DNA of 64,000 nt from a virus. The stretch is taken from IMG/VR virus record IMGVR_UViG_3300021961_000019; one strand, 5' to 3'. The notes beneath the pieces were generated by a model, which had not been told where the DNA came from, did not search any database, and was given only the letters and a program-made list of their open reading frames with translations. Positions 1 through 10,333 of the stretch are shown here, one piece after another (within the stretch, counting starts at the first letter, position 1; the number at the start of each line of letters is the position of its first letter). The position numbers and the translations under genes were made by a program.

Positions 1-3000
1 TTCTTTGCGCTACTGGATCCACATTCAGTATTTTGACTTGCTCGGGACCAAATTGATAGATATCGTTTTCTCTAACGGTTGGATATGTTAATTTACCAAC
101 AACGTTTAGATAGGTCACTGGACCAGAGGTTGTTGATGCTGTGGAAACGGAAGATAGGAATAGGCGATTCTCTTCAAATCTAATATTATCAAATGTTGTT
201 CTTTCGCCATCAATATCAATCTGAACCTCATCAAGATTTGTCAGATTGTGAATTTCACTAGCGAAACCAACGTAACGATACGGAACATTACCTGTTGATC
301 TAATGAATTGGATGTTAGATATGGTTGTTGCTGCCAAACTTACTTGAGATACGGTCTTACCATATACAAGTTCAACCTCAGCATCTACTCCATTACCACC
401 ACTTCCACTTTCATCAAATACAAGTTCATCCTTAACGGAATAATTTGATCCGCCATTTAGAACCTTAATTGCTTCAACACTTCCAGATCCAATATATTCC
501 ACCTTGCCGAAGGAAGACCTGAAGATTTCTGGCGGTGGTAAGAATTCGTAGATACTATTCTCACTTAGAAGATTGAATGGGGTTGAATTTCTCAGCAGAC
601 GATTTGATGAGAAATCATATAAATCTTGATTGTTTGTTGTGAGGAAATTAAATGCAATTGGTTTGGAATGATAAGTATCTCCAATTACATATGGGAATTG
701 TGGTTCTCTATAAAACTTAAATGGACCAGAGTTTGCAAGAGATCCAACGGTGCAGAAATATGCATACGTTCCGTTTGGATATTCTGGGGTAATGCAGAAT
801 CTTCCATTATGCTCATCAAGATCTCCACTTGCATCATAGACATAATCCTGAACAAAGAAACCAGATGGATATTGTGGGGGTCTATTTGAGTTTGCTTGAA
901 TTGTATAACTGGACAACATTCTCTTAATATCCCCAGGAGTTTGGGGATCTGAGTAACCATATGGACCATAAATTGGATTTCCATCGTATGCCCATCCCAA
1001 AATTGGAGAGTGGGAAGTTGGAGTTCTTTCAAATCCATTATCTTCAAATGTCAGATCTGGAACATATGATAATTGGCCAGATATGCGCAATTCACTCAAT
1101 ACAGTTCTTCTTAATAGTCTTGGCGCATATGCGTGGCAATACTGCAGACCAATTTCAGCATTCAATCCCTGGTCAATAATTCCATCATCATCAGTAATAT
1201 TATTCTTTTCGATCAATCTTCTAACAATATTGATAGTCCATGGAGTGATCTGTGCCTGGAATTTCGCACCTTCTCCAGAAGTTGTGACTACAATAAAAGT
1301 ATCATTAATACTATATCCGCCACCATTTTCGTTAATGATGACATCAACTATTTGTCCATTCTGAATAATAGGTGTAAGTAAAGCACCAGAACCAGAACCG
1401 GAAACAACGGTTAGTAGTGGATTTGTATTATAATTTTTACCTTTGTTTGCAATAATAACATCAACAACTCTTCCATTAGAAATGATTGGAGTAATTTGTG
1501 CATTTTCTCCAGATACAATATTGAATTCTGGTTGGCGATTGTGATTTATAATATCAGCTGATCCATATCCAGATCCATTATTTGTTAGATGGACGCCATA
1601 AACTTGCCCTGAGAAGATTGGAATCAATTTGGCGTTAAAATCTTGTCCAGATTCTGTAGATACACCAATTCTACCTCTCACCGTTAGGGTAATTGGTTCA
1701 TAATTAAAGTCATGATTTCCTGACCCAATTGAAGTTAGGTCAACATATTGCTTTGAAATATAGTAGAAATCTTTCGCAGTATTTCCAACACCAATTTCAG
1801 ATAGTCTGATATTATCCTCATCAACCACAGTTACATAGTAACTGGAACCAGATACCAATCCCCCGATTGGAGTTGTGGATGGATAGTATGAAATTTTTTC
1901 ACCACTATTATAATTGTGTGCCTTGATGTTGATAATATTTCCATTAATATCAATATTGCTGGGAGCACATCTGGTTAATCTATTTCTATAACCAGATCCC
2001 GGTTCTTCAATTGTTACTGAACCAATTTTAGTCTTCTTTATAGTGGATTTGAATGTCTGTACTCCATATCCGTAAGAACCCAGGGAAATTGTATTAATTC
2101 CTGTGGATGCATCTGATAATGACTTGTGGAGGCGAATTTTCTTTCCAACATGACCAGATGGGAATGAAACAAAATATGATGCATTCGTAGTCAATCCACT
2201 AATGATTTGTTGATTTTGTGGATTGTAAATTACCTGTTCATAATTTCTAAATCCATGATATGTTGAAAAACCAATAGTATTTTCAGTAAGATCAACTCCA
2301 GATGTTGAACCTGCATCGAAATTAACAACATGATTAAAATCAACTAAGTTTGCAACAGCTCTAGCATTTCCATTAATCTCTGATCCACCACCACTAATTT
2401 CAATAATTGGTTGCTCAACGAAGTCAAATCCAGGATTTTCAACATCGATTCTTACCAATTTTCCAGAAATTGATAGATTTCCTGTTGCAGCAATACCTGT
2501 TGAATCACTAATGATGAGTGATGGCGGATTGATAACATCATATCCATCGCCACCAGCAGTTACAACAACATCCTCAATTGGACCATAATATACAAAATTT
2601 CTAGATTTATAGTTCAACAACTCAACGCCGTTGATGAACATACCAATTTGACCTGGCAGAGTCTTATTCTCTACACTATCAGATTCGGGTGCTGTGAGTT
2701 TTCTAACTAGTCTTTGAGATTCAATTGGTTGCCTTGATAGATTTCTGAAAGAAAATGCTGTCAATTCTACTGTACTTTCATATCCTGGATTGATTGTTCC
2801 AGAGAATGAAACATAAAATGAATCATCACCAGTTAAGTCAGCATTAAAAATATTGTCCCTCGACTTAGCAAGACGAATAGATGTGGATGAAATTACCTTT
2901 ACGAAGTAAATTCCTTCGGGAGCGACCGCATTATCTTCATCAAATGGTCTGTAAATTACGGAATCGCCAGTATAAAATGAGTGGGGTGTTGGGAAAACAA

Positions 3001-4786
3001 GATCTTTTCCGTTAAATGTGCCCGAAAATGAAACAGAACGATCCTCAAGATCTAATTGTTGGTCAAGATATGATGGAATTGAACTGGATGTTACATATAA
3101 TTCATTCTTATTGATTTCATCACAGTAAATATTTTGAACATTTGTTACATACTTGAGAATATCTGGATATTTTTCTGGCTGCCTTACATAAGTTTTGAGT
3201 AGATTATTTTGAATTGATTTGATTAAATTCTTATTTGGGATCAGACTATTCTGTGTTACTTGAATGGTCTTTGGTCCAACAACGGAGGAGACGTATCCCC
3301 CAGTAAATGTATCACCATTTGTGGCAATAAATGTTACTCTATTACCAATCACGAAAGAATGTTCATCAATAGTAGTAACTGTATAGATGAATGATGTTCC
3401 GGATGGATCTGAAATGCTGGAGATATTATAAACTAATGGAATATTGAAGATCCAATCGTTCGCTTTTTTGGAAGTTAGATCTTCACCAAGACTCTTAATA
3501 TAAATTCTATCATTAGGAGTTAATTCTTCTGGTTGATCCCCAGTAACAACAAGATCCGAGATTACCCCATTTACTCTAACTTCAATCCTTTCTCTCTCTA
3601 CACCACCAAAACCATATACATAAATTTCCTTTCCACCGACAGCATGAAGCTTCACTTCAGTTGCAGTTGGAATTATGTCATCAATTCCAGTACAACCAAA
3701 GAATTGTGTGGTGGATTTTGATGTATAAGTGATGTATTGAGTTGCCCCATTTTCAAGATCAACTCTCAATTGTCCAGATTCTGGGAACCCAATTGTACTG
3801 TCAACCTCAATTGTTTCTGCTGCGGCAGCAATATCAATAATATTCTTGGTCTTGGGATGAATTGAAAATGTACCAGCAACCGTACCGCTGGATACGTTAA
3901 TATCTCTGTTATAATCTGAGTCTAAACTGATAATGTAGAGTTCTTTATTTTCACGTAAAATTCTTTCTACATGAGTTACTGCACCACTTGCTTGGAAGAT
4001 GAAGTCATTTTCATCTTGAAAAATTGTTGAATTCAGCAGTTTTTCAGGATCTCCAGTAATAGCTTCTACTACAAGATCCTTAGTAATGCGATATTCTGCA
4101 TCGGATGGTTCAATTAGAAAGTCCCTAGGGCGGATCAGTTCAACTTTCTTCCCATACAACGCATTAAAAAGAATCTTGAAAGATACTTCAGTACCTTTTG
4201 ATGAATAAAAATCCTTAATATGTGATAGGAAAATTTCCTCATTCAGATTATCTGTCAGTTCCCTCTTTCTAAATCCGGGAGCAATTAGGGATTTGATCTT
4301 GAATAAAAACTGTTGAAGGAATAAGATGCTAAGATTTTTAACTTCAGATCCGGAGATGTGTGTAGACGCAACGGTTTCTGAGAATACCAATTCGTCGGGA
4401 ACGTTTGACTCTAGGGATGAAACTCCACTAAATCCGCGAGTGCATCCATAAAAATAGTTACTTTCCTTTCCATCATATAGGATGATCTCGTCATCAATCT
4501 GAATTAGACCATGGCGAAGAGGGAATCCATATGTGGAGTCAACATAGATCGTATCATCAGATGCACTCACACTTGAAGTGGTTGTTGTGCCCTCAGTTAG
4601 ATTTGTTACAGCATCAAGCGATACATGTCTATCAATATTATGGAGGATGTCTAGTGGTCCCCCAGCATATTCATTAGAGATGTAGTATTGAGATAGAAAT
4701 TCCTCAGCAACTGGGAATTCTTGTTTGATGAAGTCAGGAAGTTGACTTTCAAGGATAGAACTTATCTTAACTCTTGTATCGTTCAT
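1..4786 (-). CDS. Large baseplate wedge protein (gp7-like), runs off window edge
   Basis: ATG at 4786 (MNDTRVKISSILESQLPDFIKQEF...) 4 nt after gp6 stop. Absent from ORF track, consistent with no stop before base 1. Position and N-terminus fit cyanophage gp7-like wedge. Confidence 0.75.
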   Translation of the reverse strand, partial: MNDTRVKISSILESQLPDFIKQEFPVAEEFLSQYYISNEYAGGPLDILHNIDRHVSLDAVTNLTEGTTTTSSVSASDDTIYVDSTYGFPLRHGLIQIDDEIILYDGKESNYFYGCTRGFSGVSSLESNVPDELVFSETVASTHISGSEVKNLSILFLQQFLFKIKSLIAPGFRKRELTDNLNEEIFLSHIKDFYSSKGTEVSFKILFNALYGKKVELIRPRDFLIEPSDAEYRITKDLVVEAITGDPEKLLNSTIFQDENDFIFQASGAVTHVERILRENKELYIISLDSDYNRDINVSSGTVAGTFSIHPKTKNIIDIAAAAETIEVDSTIGFPESGQLRVDLENGATQYITYTSKSTTQFFGCTGIDDIIPTATEVKLHAVGGKEIYVYGFGGVERERIEVRVNGVISDLVVTGDQPEELTPNDRIYIKSLGEDLTSKKANDWIFNIPLVYNISSISDPSGTSFIYTVTTIDEHSFVIGNRVTFIATNGDTFTGGYVSSVVGPKTIQVTQNSLIPNKNLIKSIQNNLLKTYVRQPEKYPDILKYVTNVQNIYCDEINKNELYVTSSSIPSYLDQQLDLEDRSVSFSGTFNGKDLVFPTPHSFYTGDSVIYRPFDEDNAVAPEGIYFVKVISSTSIRLAKSRDNIFNADLTGDDSFYVSFSGTINPGYESTVELTAFSFRNLSRQPIESQRLVRKLTAPESDSVENKTLPGQIGMFINGVELLNYKSRNFVYYGPIEDVVVTAGGDGYDVINPPSLIISDSTGIAATGNLSISGKLVRIDVENPGFDFVEQPIIEISGGGSEINGNARAVANLVDFNHVVNFDAGSTSGVDLTENTIGFSTYHGFRNYEQVIYNPQNQQIISGLTTNASYFVSFPSGHVGKKIRLHKSLSDASTGINTISLGSYGYGVQTFKSTIKKTKIGSVTIEEPGSGYRNRLTRCAPSNIDINGNIINIKAHNYNSGEKISYYPSTTPIGGLVSGSSYYVTVVDEDNIRLSEIGVGNTAKDFYYISKQYVDLTSIGSGNHDFNYEPITLTVRGRIGVSTESGQDFNAKLIPIFSGQVYGVHLTNNGSGYGSADIINHNRQPEFNIVSGENAQITPIISNGRVVDVIIANKGKNYNTNPLLTVVSGSGSGALLTPIIQNGQIVDVIINENGGGYSINDTFIVVTTSGEGAKFQAQITPWTINIVRRLIEKNNITDDDGIIDQGLNAEIGLQYCHAYAPRLLRRTVLSELRISGQLSYVPDLTFEDNGFERTPTSHSPILGWAYDGNPIYGPYGYSDPQTPGDIKRMLSSYTIQANSNRPPQYPSGFFVQDYVYDASGDLDEHNGRFCITPEYPNGTYAYFCTVGSLANSGPFKFYREPQFPYVIGDTYHSKPIAFNFLTTNNQDLYDFSSNRLLRNSTPFNLLSENSIYEFLPPPEIFRSSFGKVEYIGSGSVEAIKVLNGGSNYSVKDELVFDESGSGGNGVDAEVELVYGKTVSQVSLAATTISNIQFIRSTGNVPYRYVGFASEIHNLTNLDEVQIDIDGERTTFDNIRFEENRLFLSSVSTASTTSGPVTYLNVVGKLTYPTVRENDIYQFGPEQVKILNVDPVAQR

Positions 4787-4789
4787 TTT

Positions 4790-6700
4790 TTATAGTCTAA
4801 CGAGAGCGCCGTTTGCGTAACTTGAAGTAACTGTATATGTTGAACCAGAAATATCTGATCCTGATGAAATAGGATCTGCCAGCATATTGACAGAAGTGTT
4901 ATTAATATCTAGCTGCAAATAAAGATCCTGTAATCCGATCACATCGTTCGATTTTGGTGTGACCGAAATCTGAACAATTGAATCTGCGGAATCGAATTTC
5001 GCAGTCTCAATAATATTTAATGGATATAAAAGAATCTCTCCTTTTACATAATCAACCTTGCCAGCATTCTTTCTAACAATTGTTGGAGTGGTGCCGGTTG
5101 CATCAAGTTTAAAGAATACAATTTTTCCGGTCTCAAGATCCGAATTTGGAATATCAGTTAGGTAAACAAACTCAGATACTCCACTAATTTTGAATCCCGA
5201 TGACTTAATGTTGTATCCAGTATTATTTTTGATGTGGAACGCATTACCATAACAAATTTCATAATCAGCATATTTTCCAAGGGCAATACGAAGATCTCTC
5301 CTCATGGATACTGTTGTGATGTTGGATGTTACAGAGGAGTCACTTTCATCAACGAGTTTGAGGAATTTACTATATTTAAATCTTGCGCCATAACGGTTCA
5401 GTTCAGTTGAATCTGCATATCTTTCAACGTTCTTAATTACCTTGCTGCGAACAGATGCTGCACTCAAACTTGTATTGGTATTGTAGTATGCTGTGCAATC
5501 AATCTCAACATAAAGATACTTGAGATCTAGAATTTCTGGCACAATTCCCGCAACAGAATATCTGCGAAGAGTTCTCTTTAAATTATCTTTAATTGAGGAT
5601 GGTATATATGTACCATTTAGTGGTTTAATCGTAATGAACACCTTTCCAAACTGTGGGGGATTCAGATCTTCACCACCAAATACAGAGATGGATTCTGTTT
5701 CTGGGAAGATTGTGGGAATGATTGATTCATAGTCAGTTGCTGTAACTGCTCTATTATGTGCCTCATAAATTTTTGGCGCATATTTGCGAATTGACTCAAC
5801 AGATTCAATTGGTGTGCCGAATCTGGAGACAGCATCTGCAGTCAACGCAGAAATTCCACCGGAGATTACTGTATCGTTATTATCAAGAAGTCTTCCATTA
5901 AATGTAAATCCTGCAACACCATTTCCATCTTCGCCATTAGACAGGTGATATGAGATTTCAATTCTACTTCCATCAATTAATTTATTACCAAAGATGCCAT
6001 CACCAAAGATGATTTCATATCGTTCATCTGCAATTTCTTGTAGGAAGAAGACTCTAGATGTTGAAGTTACATCAAGTAGATTGTTTGAAAGTTGATATCT
6101 TACTCCAGTATTGGAACCGGGATCAAATACACGAACTCTGATTAGGGAAGTATCAACTCCAGCATTATCAAGAAGGAATCTTTGGTTGGGATCATTATAG
6201 TTTACTGTATATTCTGCTGTTACATATGAACCCTCATACACATAAACATTATTGAAGGATGCCACTCCAGAAACGACTGGAACGGTCACTTCATCCTGAA
6301 TGGCAAAGGTATAACTCTGACTACCGAAACGGGCGTTAGAGGTGCATACAAGACCCTTCTGGAGGGTGATTGTGGTTGGGTTGTTTGAGTATCCGGTCGT
6401 ATCAACAGTAAAGGATATTGCTGCCCTCGCTGCCCTTCTGGATCGAGGAAGATATCCAATTTGCTTTGCCAGAGAAACGACATTTTCCCTTAGCGTAGCA
6501 CTATCGATGAATACCTCATTACTCAACATGTTGGCATTATATGCCGAGATATAGGTATTAAACGCTAAAACGTCTATAAGAGTTGCTAGATTGGATCCTT
6601 CAAAATCGAAATCGGTAAAATCTGAGTTTGACCTCAGATAATCGACAATTGATTTTTTTATTTGATCAAAATCCAGGTTTGTGAAGTTAACTAGTGCCAT
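4790..6700 (-). CDS. gp6: Baseplate wedge subunit gp6
   Basis: N-terminus (NLDFDQIKKSIVDYLRSNSDFTDFDFEGSNL) and RAVTATDYE motif typical of T4 gp6; follows gp25. Confidence 0.92.
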   Translation of the reverse strand: MALVNFTNLDFDQIKKSIVDYLRSNSDFTDFDFEGSNLATLIDVLAFNTYISAYNANMLSNEVFIDSATLRENVVSLAKQIGYLPRSRRAARAAISFTVDTTGYSNNPTTITLQKGLVCTSNARFGSQSYTFAIQDEVTVPVVSGVASFNNVYVYEGSYVTAEYTVNYNDPNQRFLLDNAGVDTSLIRVRVFDPGSNTGVRYQLSNNLLDVTSTSRVFFLQEIADERYEIIFGDGIFGNKLIDGSRIEISYHLSNGEDGNGVAGFTFNGRLLDNNDTVISGGISALTADAVSRFGTPIESVESIRKYAPKIYEAHNRAVTATDYESIIPTIFPETESISVFGGEDLNPPQFGKVFITIKPLNGTYIPSSIKDNLKRTLRRYSVAGIVPEILDLKYLYVEIDCTAYYNTNTSLSAASVRSKVIKNVERYADSTELNRYGARFKYSKFLKLVDESDSSVTSNITTVSMRRDLRIALGKYADYEICYGNAFHIKNNTGYNIKSSGFKISGVSEFVYLTDIPNSDLETGKIVFFKLDATGTTPTIVRKNAGKVDYVKGEILLYPLNIIETAKFDSADSIVQISVTPKSNDVIGLQDLYLQLDINNTSVNMLADPISSGSDISGSTYTVTSSYANGALVRL

Positions 6701-7102
6701 TTATCGCGTTGGCTGAAGGGCAAATGATATTTGTTGCGCTGGAATATCGATTCCAACAATTTCGTAAGAAATTGTCACGTTAAATTCATTATTATCGTAG
6801 TCCGGACTGACAACTACTTCAATTAATTTGACTCTGGGTTCATATTGGTTGATAGTATCTTCAATTTCTTGCTGAATAAATCCCGCAGTAACAGGATCCA
6901 TGTTCTCAAAAAGTGCAGCACTTACTCTAGAACCCAAATTTTCATTAAAAAACCGCTCTCCGGGTTGAGTAAGGACAAGATTTCGCACGGAACGTGCAAT
7001 AGCACTCGCATTTTTAAGTGCGATGAGGTCATAATTGATGGGATTCACCAAAAATGACATGCTCAAATCTTTAAATCCTTTACTTACCCTTTGAATCGGC
7101 AT
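6701..7102 (-). CDS. gp25: Baseplate wedge subunit gp25
   Basis: SVRNLVLTQPGERFFNENLGS...YEPRVKL gp25 signature. Confidence 0.92.
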   Translation of the reverse strand: MPIQRVSKGFKDLSMSFLVNPINYDLIALKNASAIARSVRNLVLTQPGERFFNENLGSRVSAALFENMDPVTAGFIQQEIEDTINQYEPRVKLIEVVVSPDYDNNEFNVTISYEIVGIDIPAQQISFALQPTR

Positions 7103-7123
7103 GTAGGTAGAACAAATCTACCT

Positions 7124-7131
7124 TATTTATG
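7124..7131 (-). promoter_or_regulatory. T4-type late promoter (CATAAATA)
   Basis: ATAAATA core about 22 nt upstream of gp25 ATG. Confidence 0.6.
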
Positions 7132-7136
7132 ATGAT

Positions 7137-7415
7137 TTATTGCAACCAATCTTTACCATAAATCGCTTCTGTGCCGTAATCCCAATCATCATAGTCCTGA
7201 TCGTTGCGAATACGTTCATGAAGCTCATTTTGAGCCTGAAAATCATGTCTTTTGGGTGTTTGATCGTCTTCGTTGATCTCACGAAGCATTCTTGCCTTGT
7301 GAAAACCCACTCCATGAGCAAAATGATTACCCTCAAGTGTGGTTTCATTTGCCTCCAGACTCTGAATTTCCCGTTCAGACCACATTCGTTGGATATTTTC
7401 GGAATTTTTGGTCAT
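7137..7415 (-). CDS. Hypothetical protein
   Basis: 92 aa ORF; late-like GTTAAATA upstream at 7436-7443. Confidence 0.65.
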   Translation of the reverse strand: MTKNSENIQRMWSEREIQSLEANETTLEGNHFAHGVGFHKARMLREINEDDQTPKRHDFQAQNELHERIRNDQDYDDWDYGTEAIYGKDWLQ

Positions 7416-7443
7416 ATTTTTTCACCATTTATAGGTATTTAAC

Positions 7444-7465
7444 AAAAAACCGGGTTTCCCCGGTT
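7444..7465 (-). terminator. Rho-independent terminator
   Basis: AACCGGG-4 nt-CCCGGTT stem followed by U-tract on minus strand. Confidence 0.75.
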
Positions 7466-7485
7466 CATTTTTTATCTAATTTTGA

Positions 7486-7626
7486 TCAACCTTGACCACG
7501 ATAACGCTTATTTCTGCCATTTCGGGACGTTGCACTGAGTTTTGTGTTAGGACCACGCCCTTGGCGAGTTTTTTTCGGCTTGGACTCAATCTTGTGATCA
7601 CCAGTAAACGAGGGACGCTTAGCCAT
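7486..7626 (-). CDS. Small basic protein (46 aa, MAKRPSFTGDHKIESKPKKTRQGRG...)
   Basis: Read manually; Lys/Arg-rich ORF of a type seen at this locus in cyanomyophages. Confidence 0.7.
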   Translation of the reverse strand: MAKRPSFTGDHKIESKPKKTRQGRGPNTKLSATSRNGRNKRYRGQG

Positions 7627-7661
7627 AATAAAAATCTCCTATAAGAAACGAGAAAAAATAA

Positions 7662-8438
7662 TCAAATGATACGAGTCTTTTCATGACCCACTCTGATACG
7701 AGGATCGCACCAGATTTCAAAGCCTTGATCCTTGGCATCAAGACAGAAGGACACGTCTTCTCCACACATATCCTGAACCGCACCGGACTCAAAGACTTGC
7801 ATCTTTGGAGCAAACCAGGGGTATTCAAGATTCTCAAAGACACCCTTCTTGATGAGAACCCAACCAAAACCAGTATAGTCTACTGTGAAGGGCTTCTTAC
7901 GACGTGCCATGGTCTCTGTGGTCTCATGATTCATGACACCGCCATTGTTGCGGAAGTCTTCTTCTTCCAACCAGTGTGCTACTGAGGTGGTGTGACCATC
8001 CTCTGTTGCATACCATCCTGCGGTGATCTCACGTTCCGTGCCATCCTCAGACAGTGCAAGATCGCACAATTGCCAGAATTTTTCTGTGTTGAATACAATG
8101 TCGCTGTCAATCCACAGTTGATAATCGTAGGGAAGTTTGCCATCCCACGGCACCTGCTTTGGACCGCGAAGGACGTTTGCGCCCAGACACTTACAACGTG
8201 CGAAGTTTACCATGGACGAGTAATCCTGAGAGATCTGAATACTCAGACCACTCTGTACCATATCAAAGCAGAGTTGTACAAATGCTTTTAGAAATGTAAA
8301 TGAGCATCCTCGCCCCGGAAGACAGAACACGATAGTCTTTCCGCGCATACGCTCTTTAATGGCTGCGTAGTCCCAGGAAGTCTCTGGCTTCGCAGTTGCA
8401 GTGGGCGGTTTCGCCTTAACTCTAAATCCTTTTGCCAT
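7662..8438 (-). CDS. Conserved cyanophage protein, GT-A glycosyltransferase-like
   Basis: YDYQLWIDSDIVF (DxD) motif; GEDVSFC and DPRIRVGH motifs of GT2-like proteins. Confidence 0.65.
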   Translation of the reverse strand: MAKGFRVKAKPPTATAKPETSWDYAAIKERMRGKTIVFCLPGRGCSFTFLKAFVQLCFDMVQSGLSIQISQDYSSMVNFARCKCLGANVLRGPKQVPWDGKLPYDYQLWIDSDIVFNTEKFWQLCDLALSEDGTEREITAGWYATEDGHTTSVAHWLEEEDFRNNGGVMNHETTETMARRKKPFTVDYTGFGWVLIKKGVFENLEYPWFAPKMQVFESGAVQDMCGEDVSFCLDAKDQGFEIWCDPRIRVGHEKTRII

Positions 8439-8477
8439 AACTGTTAGTACACTTCAAGTTCAATTTTATCGTTCTAT

Positions 8478-8894
8478 TTAGGTTTTGTCAACCCTCAAAA
8501 ATCTCCCCCCTTTCCCTCTTGGAATATCTGTATTTCGGAAGTTTTCCGCGTGATCACACCATCTCAGATTTGTGACCTCGTTGCAGAGTTTGTCTCTGTT
8601 GATGTGGTCCACCTCTGAGAGATTGTGGGGGTTCTCTAGGAGGGTCTCCGCAATCAGTCTATGAACATAGTATCTGATCTGCTTGATGAACCTTCCAGAC
8701 TCATCTCTGAGGGATATATTGACTGCCGCATACAGTCGCTTATTCCCTCCTGCGCCCCCTCTAAGGTGCTGTGCCACCTCAACCTTTTCTGTGAGAATTT
8801 TTTCCCCGGATTTTTTTTGCGCATCTCTAAACACCTTTCCGTCTTCTGTGACGTAGTATCTGGGAAATTTTGTGGGGAAAAATATTTTTTGCAT
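8478..8894 (-). CDS. HNH homing endonuclease (HNH_3-type)
   Basis: VHRLIAETLLENPHNLSEVDHINRDKLCNEVTNLRWCDHAEN motif. Confidence 0.85.
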   Translation of the reverse strand: MQKIFFPTKFPRYYVTEDGKVFRDAQKKSGEKILTEKVEVAQHLRGGAGGNKRLYAAVNISLRDESGRFIKQIRYYVHRLIAETLLENPHNLSEVDHINRDKLCNEVTNLRWCDHAENFRNTDIPRGKGGRFLRVDKT

Positions 8895-9071
8895 GAGCTC
8901 GATATCACTCTAAGGGGTATATACTTTTATAGATTGGGGGGACCCTTCAATTTAGCTTTAGGGGCGCTATGCCCGCATATACGCGGCACATCCGCATCGG
9001 TATAACTGCCAATCACGAATGGTCATCACGAATACAGTATGGGGGCCATTCGTGACCCCCATAAGTATCAA

Positions 9072-9230
9072 TCACAGACCCGGAAAAGGATGAGCAGAAA
9101 GACTCACCGAATCAGCAGTCTCAGAATCGGAAGCATTATCGCCCCCATCAACAAGTGCATCCAGAATTTGAAGAATTTGGTTGCCATCTTGACCTTTGGA
9201 AAGAAGTGACAGAAGAACTTCGCGGGACAT
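9072..9230 (-). CDS. Small hypothetical protein (MSREVLLSLL...)
   Basis: ORF track frame; start moved to internal ATG. Confidence 0.55.
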   Translation of the reverse strand: MSREVLLSLLSKGQDGNQILQILDALVDGGDNASDSETADSVSLSAHPFPGL

Positions 9231-9296
9231 GTTAATAACAAAAAGAAGAACGATTTGAAAGATGTGTGACTTTGGGGCAAACACATTCCCATGAAT

Positions 9297-9431
9297 TCAG
9301 ATTACAATTGATGCCTTAGTTCCACATGCGATGAAGAAGTCAACCATGGAACATGCCTCAGAGTAAGTTACAAACCAGAGGTTCTTCCACATGGCAGAGG
9401 TAGGACACCAGAAGCGAACTTGTGTTTTCAT
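9297..9431 (-). CDS. Small hypothetical protein (44 aa, MKTQVRFWCP...)
   Basis: Manual ORF, packs into cassette. Confidence 0.55.
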   Translation of the reverse strand: MKTQVRFWCPTSAMWKNLWFVTYSEACSMVDFFIACGTKASIVI

Positions 9432-9440
9432 GATTCAATC

Positions 9441-9620
9441 TCAGTTGGAACATGCAGGGGGAACATATGAAGAATCGATCTGTACAACACCATCGATGAC
9501 AAACTCTTGAAGAATGTAATTGATAGAAATGCCATACTGAATGCTCATTGCCTCTAACTCCCTTCGAATGTCTTCAGTACCTTGAAAGGGGCGAAAGTGA
9601 GTGGGTTGATAGTCTTTCAT
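9441..9620 (-). CDS. Small hypothetical protein (MKDYQPTHF...)
   Basis: ORF track frame; start moved. Confidence 0.5.
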   Translation of the reverse strand: MKDYQPTHFRPFQGTEDIRRELEAMSIQYGISINYILQEFVIDGVVQIDSSYVPPACSN

Positions 9621-9634
9621 GATTCGAAGTGAGA

Positions 9635-9763
9635 TTAACGAACAGGGCGAACAGGAGCAGGTTGAAGAACAGGTTTTGCCTTGATGATTGCGTTCTTGCA
9701 TTGTGCTTCAATCTCAGAAAGAGTGAAGCGAGTGGGAGTGTTCAGACGTTGACGCTTGTTCAT
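9635..9763 (-). CDS. Small hypothetical protein (42 aa, MNKRQRLNTP...)
   Basis: Manual ORF directly downstream of a class-1 promoter element. Confidence 0.55.
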   Translation of the reverse strand: MNKRQRLNTPTRFTLSEIEAQCKNAIIKAKPVLQPAPVRPVR

Positions 9764-9803
9764 GATTTGAATGGGAATGGTGTGGGAGAGTTGTTCCCCT
9801 CCC

Positions 9804-9857
9804 GTATCTTCATCATAGGGTGCTGAAGACCGTTGGAGGGTTTTTCAGCGTATCTGC
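9804..9857 (-). promoter_or_regulatory. Class-1 promoter element, copy 1
   Basis: GCTGAAAAA box, then TATGAT GAAGATAC; CAGC end 32 nt from first base of -10. Confidence 0.75.
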
Positions 9858-9858
9858 T

Positions 9859-10110
9859 TCAGACTTCTTCATCCAGCAGATTGGGGACTTCTTTAATCTC
9901 AACCCCGAAATCTTCCAACACTTCATCACCATAAACATCACGAATCTCATTGATAAGTTCCGACTCGGAGTAGTTGTTAAGATTCTCCACAAGAGTATCA
10001 AACACAAACTGTTCCATCGATTTCGTGTCCATGCTGTCCATAATCTGTTCAGCATACTTCTCAACCAGTTCGGAGAAGTTGTCAGTCCAGGTGTAAGCGT
10101 TGTTGTTCAT
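9859..10110 (-). CDS. Acidic hypothetical protein
   Basis: 83 aa ORF in cassette. Confidence 0.65.
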   Translation of the reverse strand: MNNNAYTWTDNFSELVEKYAEQIMDSMDTKSMEQFVFDTLVENLNNYSESELINEIRDVYGDEVLEDFGVEIKEVPNLLDEEV

Positions 10111-10114
10111 GGTT

Positions 10115-10330
10115 TCAGTTCAGAATGATACGATAGTCGATTTCCAGGATGCACCAACCGGTTGCACAACTAATCTCTTCGATTAGATCCTCTTCATCAT
10201 CTGCCTCCCAGATTTGACCAACATACTCTTGATTGAGTTTTTCTTCAGTACAGATCTGGTCACTCAAAGACCAATCATCTTCACAATCAAGAGAGCAATC
10301 AAACTCAATTTTGGTGATTTGGAATTGCAT
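10115..10330 (-). CDS. Acidic hypothetical protein
   Basis: 71 aa ORF in cassette. Confidence 0.65.
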   Translation of the reverse strand: MQFQITKIEFDCSLDCEDDWSLSDQICTEEKLNQEYVGQIWEADDEEDLIEEISCATGWCILEIDYRIILN

Positions 10331-10333
10331 GAT

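Noticed and set aside
1-4786. Non-coding gap or stop-codon recoding suggested by the missing ORF
   Set aside because: Explained by one reading frame running off the window edge; neighbouring genes use all three standard stops
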